From the NCBI RefSeq assembly GCF_018350175.1, contig NC_058368.1:123816001-123880000 (forward strand): a stretch of 64,000 nucleotides of DNA. The letters run 5' to 3'. This DNA is from Felis catus (lineage: Eukaryota). Made by a program: the position numbers and the translations under genes. Of the stretch, positions 52,911-64,000 are shown piece by piece; position 1 is the first letter of the stretch; each line of letters begins with the position of its first letter. The notes beneath the pieces were generated by a model that was given only the letters and a program-made list of their open reading frames with translations, was not told the origin of the DNA and made no database searches.

Positions 52911-53939
52911 ACATAAATTAAAGAGAAGACTTCACAAGTGATACTACAGTAATAAAAATCTATAAGAGACTACTGTAAACAAATACACAACAACAAATTA
53001 GACAATTTAGAAGAAATTAATACATTGTTAGAAACATACAAACTACCAAGACTGAATCATAAATAGAAAATATGAACACACCAGTTTCTACTGAGGAGAT
53101 TGAATCACTAATAAAAAAATCTCTCAATAAAGACAAGTAAGTCTAGGCAGGACCAGATGTCTTCACTGGTGATTTCTACCAAATATATGAAGAAGAATTA
53201 ATACTAATCCTTTTTAAACTCTTCCAAAAAATAAGAGGAGGGAACACTTGTAAACTTACTTTATGAGGGCAATATTACCCTGATATCAAATCCAGACAAG
53301 GACACTACAAGAAAATTACAGGCCAGTATCCGTGATGAACACAGATGCAAAAATCCTCAACAAAACATTAGCAAACTGTTTTCAATAATACATTAAAAGA
53401 ATAATATAGCACGATTAAGTGGGATTTATTTGAGAGATGCAAGGAAAGTTCAACATCTACAAATCAATCAGTTAATACCCCACATTAATAAAACGAGGGA
53501 TAAAAAATCATATGGTCATCTCAATGGATGCAGAAGAAGCATTTTACAAATTTCAACATCCATTTATGATAAACACTCTCAACAAACTGGGTATGGAGGG
53601 AATGTACATCAGTGTAATAAAGGGCATGACCAACATCATACTCAACAATGAAAAGCTGAAATCTTGCTCACCAAGATTAGGAACAAGACAAGGATGCTCA
53701 CTCTCACCATTCTTATTCAGCATAGTACTAGAAATCCTAGCCACAGCAATTAAACAAGAAAAAGAAATAAAAGGCACCCAAATCAGGAAGGAAGAAGTAA
53801 AAGTGTCCCTATTTGCAGATGACAGTATATTGCCTATAGAATACTCTAAAGACTCCACCCAAGAACTATTAGAACTAAGAAATAAATTCAGTAAAATTTC
53901 AGGATACAAAATCAACACACAAAAACCTGTTGCATTTCT

Positions 53940-54136
53940 TTTTTTCTTAAGCTTATATTTCTTTATTTTTAAGAAAGACAGTGCGAGTGGGGGAGGGGCA
54001 GAGAGAGAGGGATACAGAGAATCCTAAGCAGGTTTTGCACTGTTAGTGCAATGCAGAGCCCGATGTGGGGCTCAAACTCATGAACCACGAGATCATGCCT
54101 TGAGCTGAAGTCGCACTCTGAGCCACCCAGGCACCC
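53940..54136 (-). mobile_element. Can-SINE inside L1 ORF2
   Basis: TSD-like tgttgcatttct/tgttgtacttct. Confidence 0.88.
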
Positions 54137-54841
54137 ATGTTGTACTTCTATACACTAACAATGAACCATTAGAAAGAGAAATTAAGGAAACAATCACATT
54201 TACAATAGCATCAGAAAGAATAAAGTACTTAAGAATAAATTTAACCAAAGAGGTGAAAGGCCTATAAGGCAAAACTGAGAGTAATGAAAGAAATTGAAGA
54301 CACAAATGGAAATAAATGGAAAGATATGCCATCTCCATGTATTTGAAGAATTATTATTGTTAAAATACGCATGCCACCTAAAGCAATTCAGTGTAATCCC
54401 TATTAAAATTCCAATGGCATTATTCACAGAAATAGAACAAACAATCCTAAAATGTATATGACACCACAAAAGACCCCCAAGCCAAAGCAGTCTTGAGGAA
54501 AAATAAAGCTGAAGGCATCACAATCTCAGATTCAAACTACAGGACAAAGCTATAGTAATCAAAACAGTATGGTACTGGCAAAAAAGAGACAAAGAGATCA
54601 ATGGAACAGAAGAGAGTCCCCAGAAGTATATCCACACATTTATGGTCCATTCATTTATGTCAAAGGAGCCAACAATATACAAACTAGATCACTCATCACC
54701 CAGCTGTGAATTATCACCTCAGCAGTACTTTAGCTATATCCCCAGGTTCTGACAGTGTTTTCATTAACACTGCTTTTCTACATATTGTTGATTCAGAGAG
54801 AGGGAATAAATGAGGCTATAGCAGCTCTGACCTCAGCTTTA

Positions 54842-54881
54842 ATTATTATTATTATTATTATTATTAATAGTAGTAGTAGTA
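54842..54881. repeat. (ATT)n(AGT)n trinucleotide repeat
   Basis: Read directly from sequence. Confidence 0.9.
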
Positions 54882-55304
54882 ATTTGACTGGAGCAGCTCC
54901 ATTATGAATCCTATGTTTAGGCAGGGAATTATATGACTACTTTTCCTCTACCTTACTGACCTCCTGGAGACATAGAGGACTATCTCCTACTTCAGCCAAC
55001 CTTAAATAAAACAGAAAGATGGTTTGAGCCACTAAAGTTATTTTTAAGTTAAATAGAAAGCTCTTCATAATTGGGCTTTGCCTCTTTATCCTTATCTCCA
55101 GTCACTTCCCCAACAAGTATTCTTTCACTGCAGCCTCCCAAATTCTTGTAATTTCCTAAATGGGTCATGTTATCTCAGGCCTTAGCTATTGCTTAAACAT
55201 GTTGTTCTGTTGACATGGAATACACCCCGTCCTCCAATTCTTCATTTAAATAACTCCTTGGCCCTTAAAACATTCTCTGTTTAGAACCCATATCTAATTT
55301 CTAA

Positions 55305-55305
55305 T

Positions 55306-55344
<39 letters not shown>

Positions 55345-55491
55345 GAGAGAGAGAGCAAGTGGGGGAGAGGGGCAGAGGGAGAAAGAGAGAGCAAAGCATG
55401 ACTCGGGGCTTGATCCCACGACCCTGGATCATGGCCTAGGCCAAACTCAAAAATCAGATGTTCAACCGACTGAGCCACCCTCAGATGCCCC
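55305..55491 (-). mobile_element. Can-SINE with (ATT)n tail
   Basis: TSD atttctaattc. Confidence 0.85.
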
Positions 55492-55980
55492 TGATTTCTA
55501 ATTCTTATTTACATGAAATTTCTCTATATAATTACGTCTCTTTTATATATCTCTGCATTATAATCATTAATTCACAAACTGGTCTTACTGCTCAACTGTA
55601 AGCTCCTGGAACGCGGTGAGCCATGTCTTTTTTGACAATGTATGACTCATAATCAGAGGTATTAATTTCTATTCAGAATAAAGGACTTCAGCTGTTATCA
55701 GTGGTCAAAATTTGATTTTAAATTGTTCTTCAAACTGATTTTGCTTTTTGCTAAGATCTATTAGTTTTCAATAAGCTCTCTTCAGTATAGCTAATCTTTC
55801 CTGTCTTTCAAAGCAGTCAACCCCTATTACCATTAAATGCTTCCTGAAGCAACTTGTTAGTTGATCCTTTTCTAACTATGTCAGATGATACCAGTGTTGT
55901 TTGTCAAATTAGAATAAATATCTAGCTTTTTCCAATTAGCCAACAAAAACTCTTTTTGAGCATCTTTCCTAAAAACCTGA

Positions 55981-56181
55981 GGGGCACCTGGGTGGCTCAG
56001 TCGGTTAAGTGTCCAACTTTGTACCAGGTCATGATCTTGCATTCTGTGAGTTTAAACCCAGTGTCAGGCTCTGTGCTGACAGCTCAGAGCCTGGATCCTG
56101 CTTCAGATTCTGTGTTTCCCTCTCTCTGCCCCTCCCCTGCTCATCCTGTTTCTCTCTCTCTAAAATAAACATTTGAAAAAA
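55981..56181 (+). mobile_element. Can-SINE
   Basis: Head ggggcacctgggtggctcagtcgg. Confidence 0.9.
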
Positions 56182-56249
56182 ACCCTGAAATTCTTTTCAA
56201 CAGTTTTACTGATATATAATTCATATGCACTTCACCCATTTAAGTGTAC

Positions 56250-56810
56250 AACCATTTTGGAAAGCCATTTGGTAATATCTACCAAAGCAGAGTATACGCA
56301 TACCCTCTGACCTCACAATTCCACTCCTAGGTTAATACTCAAGAGAAAGCTGGCATATTTTCATCAAAGATATGTAGGAGAATAGAGTACTGCAATAAAC
56401 ATAATACTAAACAACTGGAGACAAATGTCCCTTAACAGTAAAAGATAAAACAAATTGTGCGTATAGTTATATAGTAAGATACCAGTGAGAATAAATGAAC
56501 TACAAACAGACATAATATGGATCAGTATCACAGTACAATGTTGATTGGAAGAAGCCAGACACAAAAGAATGTATGTTCTATATTCCTTTTACGTGATGTT
56601 AAAAAAACAACAGACAACCCCCTTTAGGGCTAGAAGTTAGAACAGTGGTTATCACTGTAGGGAGACAGTGGCTGGTAGGCATACTGAATGGGACTTCTGG
56701 AGTGCTAGTTTTTTATCTGGTGCTAGGTATCTAGTATGTTCTTTGTGATGTATACTTATGAGTTGTGCACTTTTATATGTGTATGTTATGCTTCAATAAA
56801 AAGTTCAAAA
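56250..56810 (+). mobile_element. L1ME-type 3' end
   Basis: caattccactcctagg...aaactggagacaaatgtcc...gaagccagacacaaaaga, ending ttcaataaaaag. Confidence 0.7.
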
Positions 56811-57111
56811 GCAAAAACAAAAAATGGTAAGGCCTACACATTAAAAATATGAAAAGAAAAATTCCATTATGTTTGGAGACATTATTAAGCATCAATGAAT
56901 GCATGGTAGAATGCAGTCTGCCTCTAATAACATTAATAACAAAACTATTTAAATCATATGTAGTTAGAAAATTATTTTTTTCTGGTTGCATATGAACACA
57001 ATGCTGCTATCAAATGGACAATCACCCCATAATCCTTGAATATCAGTGTCTGAAATCTTTGTGAAATCAGTTCCAAACCATTTAATAGGTTTTCATTGTT
57101 AAAATGTATTC

Positions 57112-57339
57112 TTTTTTTTTTTTAATTTTTTTTTTTCAACATTTATTTATTTTTGGGACAGAGAGAGACAGAGCATGAACGGGGGAGGGGCAGAGAGAGA
57201 GGGAGACACAGAATTGGAGACAGGCTCCAGGCTCTGAGCCATCAGCCCAGAGCCCGACGCGGGGCTCGAACTCACGGACCGCGAGATCGTGACCTGGCTG
57301 AAGTCGGACGCTTAACCGACTGCGCCACCCAGGCGCCCC
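57112..57339 (-). mobile_element. Young SINEC_Fc-type Can-SINE
   Basis: CpGs intact. Perfect TSD gttaaaatgtattctt. Confidence 0.94.
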
Positions 57340-57429
57340 GTTAAAATGTATTCTTGACAGCAGTCTTAAATGTGTGCTAATTGTTAAAAGTTAAATAGTA
57401 TTACAGGGCTCCCAACAAAAAAAAACAGT

Positions 57430-59890
57430 ATTCTCTTGCTTCATACCTCCCATTCTAAATCTTGTTTCCTAGAGGTAACTAATTATAACTTATTTTTAAT
57501 ATGCTTATATTCCTTTTCCCTTATTTTTTAAATTTTAGACATAATCCATTGCTTTTCTATCTGAAGACTTTAGTCCTTTTCTATTACTACCATCACTCAC
57601 ACTTTCCCATCTCTAACCCCTCCATATAATCACAATTCAAATTTTGATTTTACAAAATCAATATTCAGTGTTTTAATTTTCATGGTTATTCTGTACTATT
57701 CAGTTATTATTATGTTTTCTTATATAAAAATACTTTTGTTGGCCTGTTTTTATGGAGATATGGAGGTTTTTACTTTTTTGTTGCCTGTCTAGTTAACACT
57801 AATTTCTCCCCAAACTCTCCAGAAGAATGGTAAAACTTTACCCATTCTATCCATACAACACATCAAACAATCTTTTCCATTTCATTTTCCTTTTGGAAAA
57901 ATTGCTTCCTGGGGTGCTCTGTTTGCTGCTGTGGTCTGGGCAGGGTGCTCACTAGGCCTGCTGCACAGCTGTTTCCTAGGATATCCCTTCACTGCCACTC
58001 AGAGGAGTTTGCAATTTACTGCTTTTTGGTGGAGCACATTTTGCAGTTTTTTGTGAGAAAGAGTGCATGGAAGGTAAAATTTTGTGAGACTTTACTTTCT
58101 GAAAATAGCTTTATTGTACTCTACCACTTCACTGAGGGTATGGTAGGATGTGAAATTTTAGGTTAAAATAATTTATTCTGACACTTTTCTAGCTTTTGGA
58201 GTTATTAAAGTCTGATACTATTCTGAACCCAGACCTTTTTTACAGACCTATCCTTCATCCATAGAAGCTTTCAGGGTCTTCTCTTTATCTGTGGTGTTCT
58301 AAAATCTTATGATGATATGCTCTGGTATGGGTTTCATTCACAGTGCTGGGCACTTTGGGTCCTGTACATCTAGAAACTCATGTTTTTCGGTTTGCAGGAA
58401 AGTTCAATTATTTCTTTGATAATTTCTTCCCCCTTCATATTCTTTGTTCCATGGAACTATTTTTCATTATTGGGCTACCTGGATTAATGCTCTAATTTTC
58501 TTATCTTTTGTTTTTCCTTCCCTCCTTCCTTCTTTCCTTTCCTTCCTTGCTCCTTCCCTCCTTCTTCTCTCCCTTTTTTCCTCCCATACATCCATAATTT
58601 CTAATATAATTTTGGGAAGTTAGCTTTATCTTCCAAATTTTCTTTGCATTCTTAATTTCCATTATATTTTTGGTTTCTTTTTCTTTTCTTTTCTTTTTTT
58701 TTGAGAGAGAGAGAGAAAGATTGAGAGAGAGAGAGAGAGTGTGAGTGTGTGTGTGTGTGTGTGTATGTGTGTGTGTGTACACGCACATAAGAGTGGGGTA
58801 GGGGCAAAGGGAGAAGGAGACAGAATCTTAGGTATGCTCTACACTCAGCTCAGAGCCTAACACAAGGCTTAATCTCAGGACCATGAGTTCATGACCTGAG
58901 CCAAAATCAAGATCTGACACTTAACCGACTGAACCACCCAGGCGCCCCATCTACTATATTTTTGGTTTCTAAGACCAAGGTACCTCCTTTTTTTCCTTCC
59001 TTGGCATCCAAATACTATTTCATGGATATATCACTGTCTTGTGTCACTTTGAGAAGGTAATTTTTTGAAAGTTTTTTCTTTTGTTGCCTCTTATTCTTCT
59101 TGTCCCTTCCAGGTCCTCTCTCTTGCCCCAGTTTTGTTTTCATGTAAGAGGTTTTCCACAAATATCTAGTGAACTTCGTCTATTGTTTAATATTTAAAAG
59201 TGAAGCACTAAAAAAATGTATACTTAGTAAACATCTAAATGGTCTGATACAAGCAAGGTACTTGCCATTTTTTGGGGAGAACCCAAATATCCAAGACTCT
59301 AGGTCTTTCCTCTTGGGTTTGTCAGTTTCTACAGAGGAAAATCCTTTGTTATTCTATGTTGTCAGCATTCTGGGAGCCAAAGAGTAAAGAGAAGAGAATT
59401 GGAGGGGTACAGGGAGGGAGGACCTTCTCACCATTCAGCATATACACTTTTGCTTAGTCCCTGTTTTCAGACTAGAGCCTTTTTTCCACCCTTTGTTGTA
59501 TTTGGAGAGCCTGAGTTCTGAGCCTGACTATTCAGTCTTCCATTTCTTGCTAGGTTGAGGAGGAAATGGGTTTATAATACAACTACTCCTGATGTAAACT
59601 TTCAGGGAATTCTATCCATTTTAGGCCCTTTTCCTTACTCTTGCTTTGTGAGTGACCCAAAAACCTTCAAATACTGAGGGTTTCAATGTGTAGCTCAAAA
59701 CGGCTTCCTCTGTAGTGGAATCCCTCTCTATAGGTACTTACATTTCAGCTTTGTCTACTTTGCTGTCAGTCTAACCATCTTTCAGTTTGCCAGCATCTAA
59801 CAATCTGTTGCTATCTCTTGCCTGCTGTTGTCTCTTCCACAGTCCCCTTTGTTTGTTAGTTCTTTACTGTTGTTTTAATGACATTTAGGG
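57430..59890 (-). mobile_element. Ancient HAL1/L1ME 5' and ORF1-like fragment
   Basis: Degenerate antisense ORF1-type text such as gaaaatagctttatt...aaattttaggtt and ttctctttatctgtggtgttctaaaatc. Confidence 0.5.
58680..58948 (-). mobile_element. Can-SINE with (GA)n(GT)n expansion
   Basis: TSD-like tatatttttggtttct on both sides. Confidence 0.85.
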
Positions 59891-60798
59891 AGGAGTAGGG
59901 ATAAATACATTTATTCATTCAACATTGTTTAGTGACTACTCACTATGCCCTTGGAATTATTATAGGCCTTGGGGGTACAATAGTAATAAAGAATTATAGA
60001 AAACAAAAACAAAGAAACATTTCTTTTCTCAGGAGCTAATATTCTTCTTAAGGGAGACAGATACACAGGTTAAAAAAAAAAATACAGGTATTCCTTACCA
60101 AGTGAACTTTCAATCTCTGAATTTAAGAAACAAATAAATTTTTAGAATAAAATAAAAAATTTTAGAAATGTTTGTTATCTTAACTTCTGCTACTTTCTAT
60201 CTGAAACTCAGGACCCAAATAGATTAGAAAAACAGATACCCCTTAATATGCCAATTCGTATCAGAATTAAGAACTTAAAAGATATAGATGACCAGGAACA
60301 TTTGCATATAAGATTTGGTAGAGGTGGGAGTGGGCAGGAAGCCAAGGAAGGCCTCTCTAATGATACTAACCATATGGATACCTGCGAAAAGACAAGGGCA
60401 TTGTGTACACAGTTAACAGTGCAAGGACTTGGGGACACAAGCGTGCTTGCCATTCTTGTGGAACAGCAGGGAAGACAGTGTGGCTGGAGTAGACTAAATA
60501 AGTAGGAGAGTAGTAGGGAATGATAGCAGAGAGAAAGCCAGGAGTCAGATCACATAGGACCAAGACTATGATAAAGACTTGCTTTATTCTGAATGAGAAG
60601 GGAAACCGTTAGAGGCTTATGGACGTTGTGTTTTAAAAACATCACTCTGGCTGCTAGGGGTAGAACAAGACTACTGAAGGGGAGACAGAGTAGAAAGGGT
60701 GAGACTAGTTAAGAGGCTACTGTAAAAATCCAGATGAGAAATTAGCATCTTGACACAATTCTTTTTGGTGGAAATGGTAAGAAGTAGTTAGATTCTCT

Positions 60799-61033
60799 GG
60801 GGCACCTGGATGGCTCAGCTGGTTGGGTGTCCGACTTTGGCTCAGGTCATGGTCTCACAATTTGTGGGTTTGAGCTCCGCACAGCTGTGCTGACAGCTTG
60901 GAGCCTGGAGCCTGCTTCAGATTCTGTCTCTGTCTCTCTCTCTCTGCCCCTCCTCCCTCACACTCCATCTCTGTCTCTCAAAAAGGAAAAAAAAGTAGTC
61001 AGATTAAAAAAAAAAAAAAGTTAAAAAAAAAAA
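60799..61033 (+). mobile_element. Can-SINE
   Basis: TSD aagtagt(t/c)agattctc. Confidence 0.9.
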
Positions 61034-61059
61034 AAGTAGTCAGATTCTCGATTTATTTT

Positions 61060-61281
61060 CTTTAAAAAAATTTTTTTTAACGTTTATTTATTTTTGAGAG
61101 AGAGAGAGAGAGACAGAGCATGAACGGGGGAGAGTCAGATAGAGGGAGACACAGAATCTGAAACAGGCTCCAGGCTCTGAGCTGTCAGCACAGAGCCTGA
61201 CGCGGGGCTCGAACTCACGGACTGCGAGATCATGACCTGAGCCAAAGTCGGCCGCTTAACCGACTGAGCCACCCAGGCGCC
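61060..61281 (-). mobile_element. Can-SINE
   Basis: TSD ctcgatttatttt. Confidence 0.92.
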
Positions 61282-62449
61282 CTCGATTTATTTTAAAAGT
61301 ACAGCTGACATGCTTTGCAGACATGTAGGGTGGGGAAAAAAAAAAGAACAGTCAAGTATGACTCCAAAGTTTTGGGCCTGAGCAAGTGGAAAACTGGAGC
61401 TACAACTTTCTGAATTACAGAAACCAGGGAGAGCAGGTTAAGCAGGTTGGAGGGATGGGGGTGGATGAGGAATAAAACAAGTATTTGTTTTTCATAAATT
61501 TCAATTTGAGATACCCAGTGGACATCCAAGGGGAGATGTAGAAGGGGTAGGTATTTGAGTATGGATCTCAGGGGAGAGATTTGGGCTAGAGATATAAAAT
61601 TGGGACTAGTCATCATATAGACAATATATAAAGCCAGGTGACTACATGCTATTACTTAGAGAATAAGAGTAGAGATAAAAGAGGCTTGAGTAAAACCCTG
61701 GATAACTCCGTAATTCACCGGTCAGAAATATGAGAAAGAGCGGTCATGTAGAAGAATCAAGAGAAAATGGGGTTTTAGAAGTTAAGTATAGAAAATGTTT
61801 CAAGATGGAAGCAGTGACCAAATGTGCCCATGCTACTGATAGGTTGAGCAGGAAGAGAAGGAGTTATTGGTTGTCAGTGGAGTGACTGGGGCAAAAACCT
61901 AACAGACATGAGTTCAAGGCAAAATGGAAGGAGAAGTAGAAACAGCACAGAAAACTCTTTCAAAGAGTTTTTCTTTAAAGGGAAGCAACAGCTAGAGGGG
62001 AATGCAGGGTCATATGAGCTTTTGTTTTTAGACTGAAAGACAGATTTATATTCTGGTAGGAATAATTGAGTAAAGGAAAATTTTGATGATACATGATTAA
62101 AAAGACAGAAGGGATAACTACAGAAATAAAGTCTTGGAGGCAGGCAGGATGGGATGAAATACATGAGGAGATTTTTTTTTCTCATTATTTTCTAATTACC
62201 TAGGAAGAAGAGTAATGGGATCCACTAAATTGAGAAAGGAATTTTAAGTAACAAAAGTATATAAATAAAGATTCAATCAGAATACAAGTTTATGTGAATT
62301 CTTCATCAGGACAGTAAAGAGTCATACCCTCCAAAGTTCCCTGACTCTTAATTCAATTAGGATTTACTGAAAAAGATTTATGCTATATTTTCATTCCTAA
62401 GAAATTCTTCAATCATGATAAAGTAACCAGTTTCAGGACCATAAATATT

Positions 62450-62675
62450 TAAAAAAAAAATTTTTTTTTTTTCAACATTTATTTATTTTTGGGACAGAGA
62501 GAGACAGAGCATGAACGGGGGAGGGGCAGAGAGAGAGGGAGACACAGAATCGGAAACAGGCTACAGGCTCTGAGCCATCAGCCCAGAGCCTGACACGGGG
62601 CTCGAACTCACGGACTGCGAGATCGTGACCTGGCTGAAGTCGGACGCTTAACCGACTGCGCCACCCAGGCGCCCC
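62450..62675 (-). mobile_element. Young SINEC_Fc-type Can-SINE
   Basis: TSD aggaccataaatatt. Confidence 0.93.
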
Positions 62676-62752
62676 AGGACCATAAATATTAACACAAGCC
62701 TCTTTAATCCTCATGATTCTCCGTTCATATCATTTAAAAGTGAAATTATGTG

Positions 62753-62953
62753 AGGGATGTCTGGGTGGCTCAGTTGGTTACGTGTCCGACTCTTGATTCG
62801 TTTTGGGTCACGATCCCAGGGTTGTGGGATAGAGCCCTGGGTCACACTACACTGAGTGTGGAACCTGCTTGAGATTCTTTCTCTCTCTCCCTCTACCCTC
62901 CCTCTCCCCATTCATTCTCTCTCTCTCTCTCAAAAAAAAAAAAAAAAAAAAAA
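62753..62953 (+). mobile_element. Can-SINE
   Basis: TSD aaaagtgaaat and long A-tail. Confidence 0.88.
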
Positions 62954-64000
62954 GTGAAATAAATGGCTTAACCTCTTTTTAAATATGTTCTCCTTTTCAT
63001 CTTCTAAATATTTATACTCTTTTTTTCATTCATATTTCTCTCATGTCCTATCATTAGCAGAAACATTTATCACTAAGACTCTTACTATAAATCAGTATGG
63101 ATCTAATTTTAGAAAAAAACATCCTGGACTATTTTTATCAATGAATAGAAGCACTAGCTTAATGTTGCCATTTTCATCTGTGTTCAATTTTAAATACAAA
63201 CTGAAAGAGAAGGATGCCTTTCAAGATCCAATTATTTCCTTTATCCCGAATTGACACTGACTTATGAACTTCTTATAGAAATAAAAAAATCAAAGCTAAC
63301 GCACCAAGATGATCTGAAAACAAGTAACCATAACAAACAACTTCCAACAAATACCAACTCAATACACCTGGAAAACCCAGGAATGTTGTAACAAGAGAAA
63401 TAGAATGAGTGGTAGACAATTATAATTGCTGACTTTAGAGAGTAACACCAGATACTAAATAAATTTGAATTCTAGACTGCCTGAATTAACAGGTGAAGAA
63501 TGGAAACAAAGCAGTCTCTCTAAACAAGGGGATTTTGTACTACTTTCTCTTTATTAGTTTCCAGGAGACTAGTATAATACTCACTTCTATTTTTTAATCT
63601 GTTCTCTCATTTAGCATTATCCATTCATTGCTTCCTAATCCTCTAAATTTGAGGGACTTAAGAAATTCCCAATTTATAACCATGAGAGAAAAAAGGAGGG
63701 AGGGAACACTTAAAATTATCATCTTAATTAGCCTGAAAAACAATTTAAAAAAAACCATGAGGAGAACAATGATGTTAATGAAGAGTATTATCTACATATA
63801 TTAACACTGACCAGGTTCTAAATCTCTGAAATTCTAAGGGTGTACTTTCACAGAAAAGTCTAGAAAATGAGTTCTTGATTTTTCAATTGCATTATAACTT
63901 CAGTGAACTTCAATTCTAAAGCAGAAAGGACAACAGACCCTGGTTACTCCTAACTGAAAGAAAAGCAGAGATATTTCAATTGTATCCCTGTTTTTAGCTT

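Larger units (their letters stand above)
51430..54685 (+). mobile_element. Older LINE-1 fragment (inter-ORF region and most of ORF2), truncated at both ends, with 2 SINE insertions
   Basis: ORF2 start atggcagtattaagt near 51539. ORF 53512..54027 contains RT motifs ([16 protein letters not shown]). Confidence 0.9.
59905..62170 (-). mobile_element. LINE-2 fragments interrupted by SINEs and an unassigned segment at ~60080-60310
   Basis: tttattcattcaaca L2 3' end, plus purine-rich L2 body (atcactctggctgct, gtttttgggcctgagcaa, gagatttgggctagagatataaa). Confidence 0.75.

Noticed and set aside
62985..63254. 89-aa ORF
   Set aside because: AT-rich intronic sequence with no recognisable homology, and it does not match the missing SLC38A9 exon on either strand.
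1..64000. tRNA genes, CRISPR arrays or prokaryote-style systems
   Set aside because: All tRNA-like A/B boxes belong to Can-SINE heads, there is no repeat-spacer array, and the DNA is mammalian.

Overview
Mammalian genomic DNA from a felid, judged by about 40 tRNA-derived Can-SINEs (including young SINEC_Fc-type copies) and carnivore L1s. The only protein-coding gene I can support is SLC38A9, the lysosomal arginine sensor and amino-acid transporter, on the minus strand. Five coding exons are present (49689-49583, 38734-38621, 37203-37055, 32178-32089, 30929-30764). They splice GT-AG in frame to the C-terminal ~208 aa, and a probable poly(A) signal lies at 30162-30167. Upstream exons lie beyond 64000. 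Positions 1-30100 are intergenic and contain a full-length but decayed L1 (22439-29497), LTR relics and many SINEs. The introns hold a Charlie1a hAT relic, Tigger elements, L1/L2/MIR fragments and an RPS20 processed pseudogene. The ORF track is almost entirely repeat-derived noise. I found no new multi-gene system. The best second-look items are a short L1 with an apparent 3' transduction, a three-level Tigger>RPS20 retrocopy>SINE nest, a candidate 18-nt in-frame SLC38A9 microexon, a perfect hairpin inside an MLT1 LTR, and close inverted SINE pairs in SLC38A9 introns. Repeat subfamily names come from recalled consensus sequences, not a database search, and repeat boundaries are approximate unless TSDs are given.
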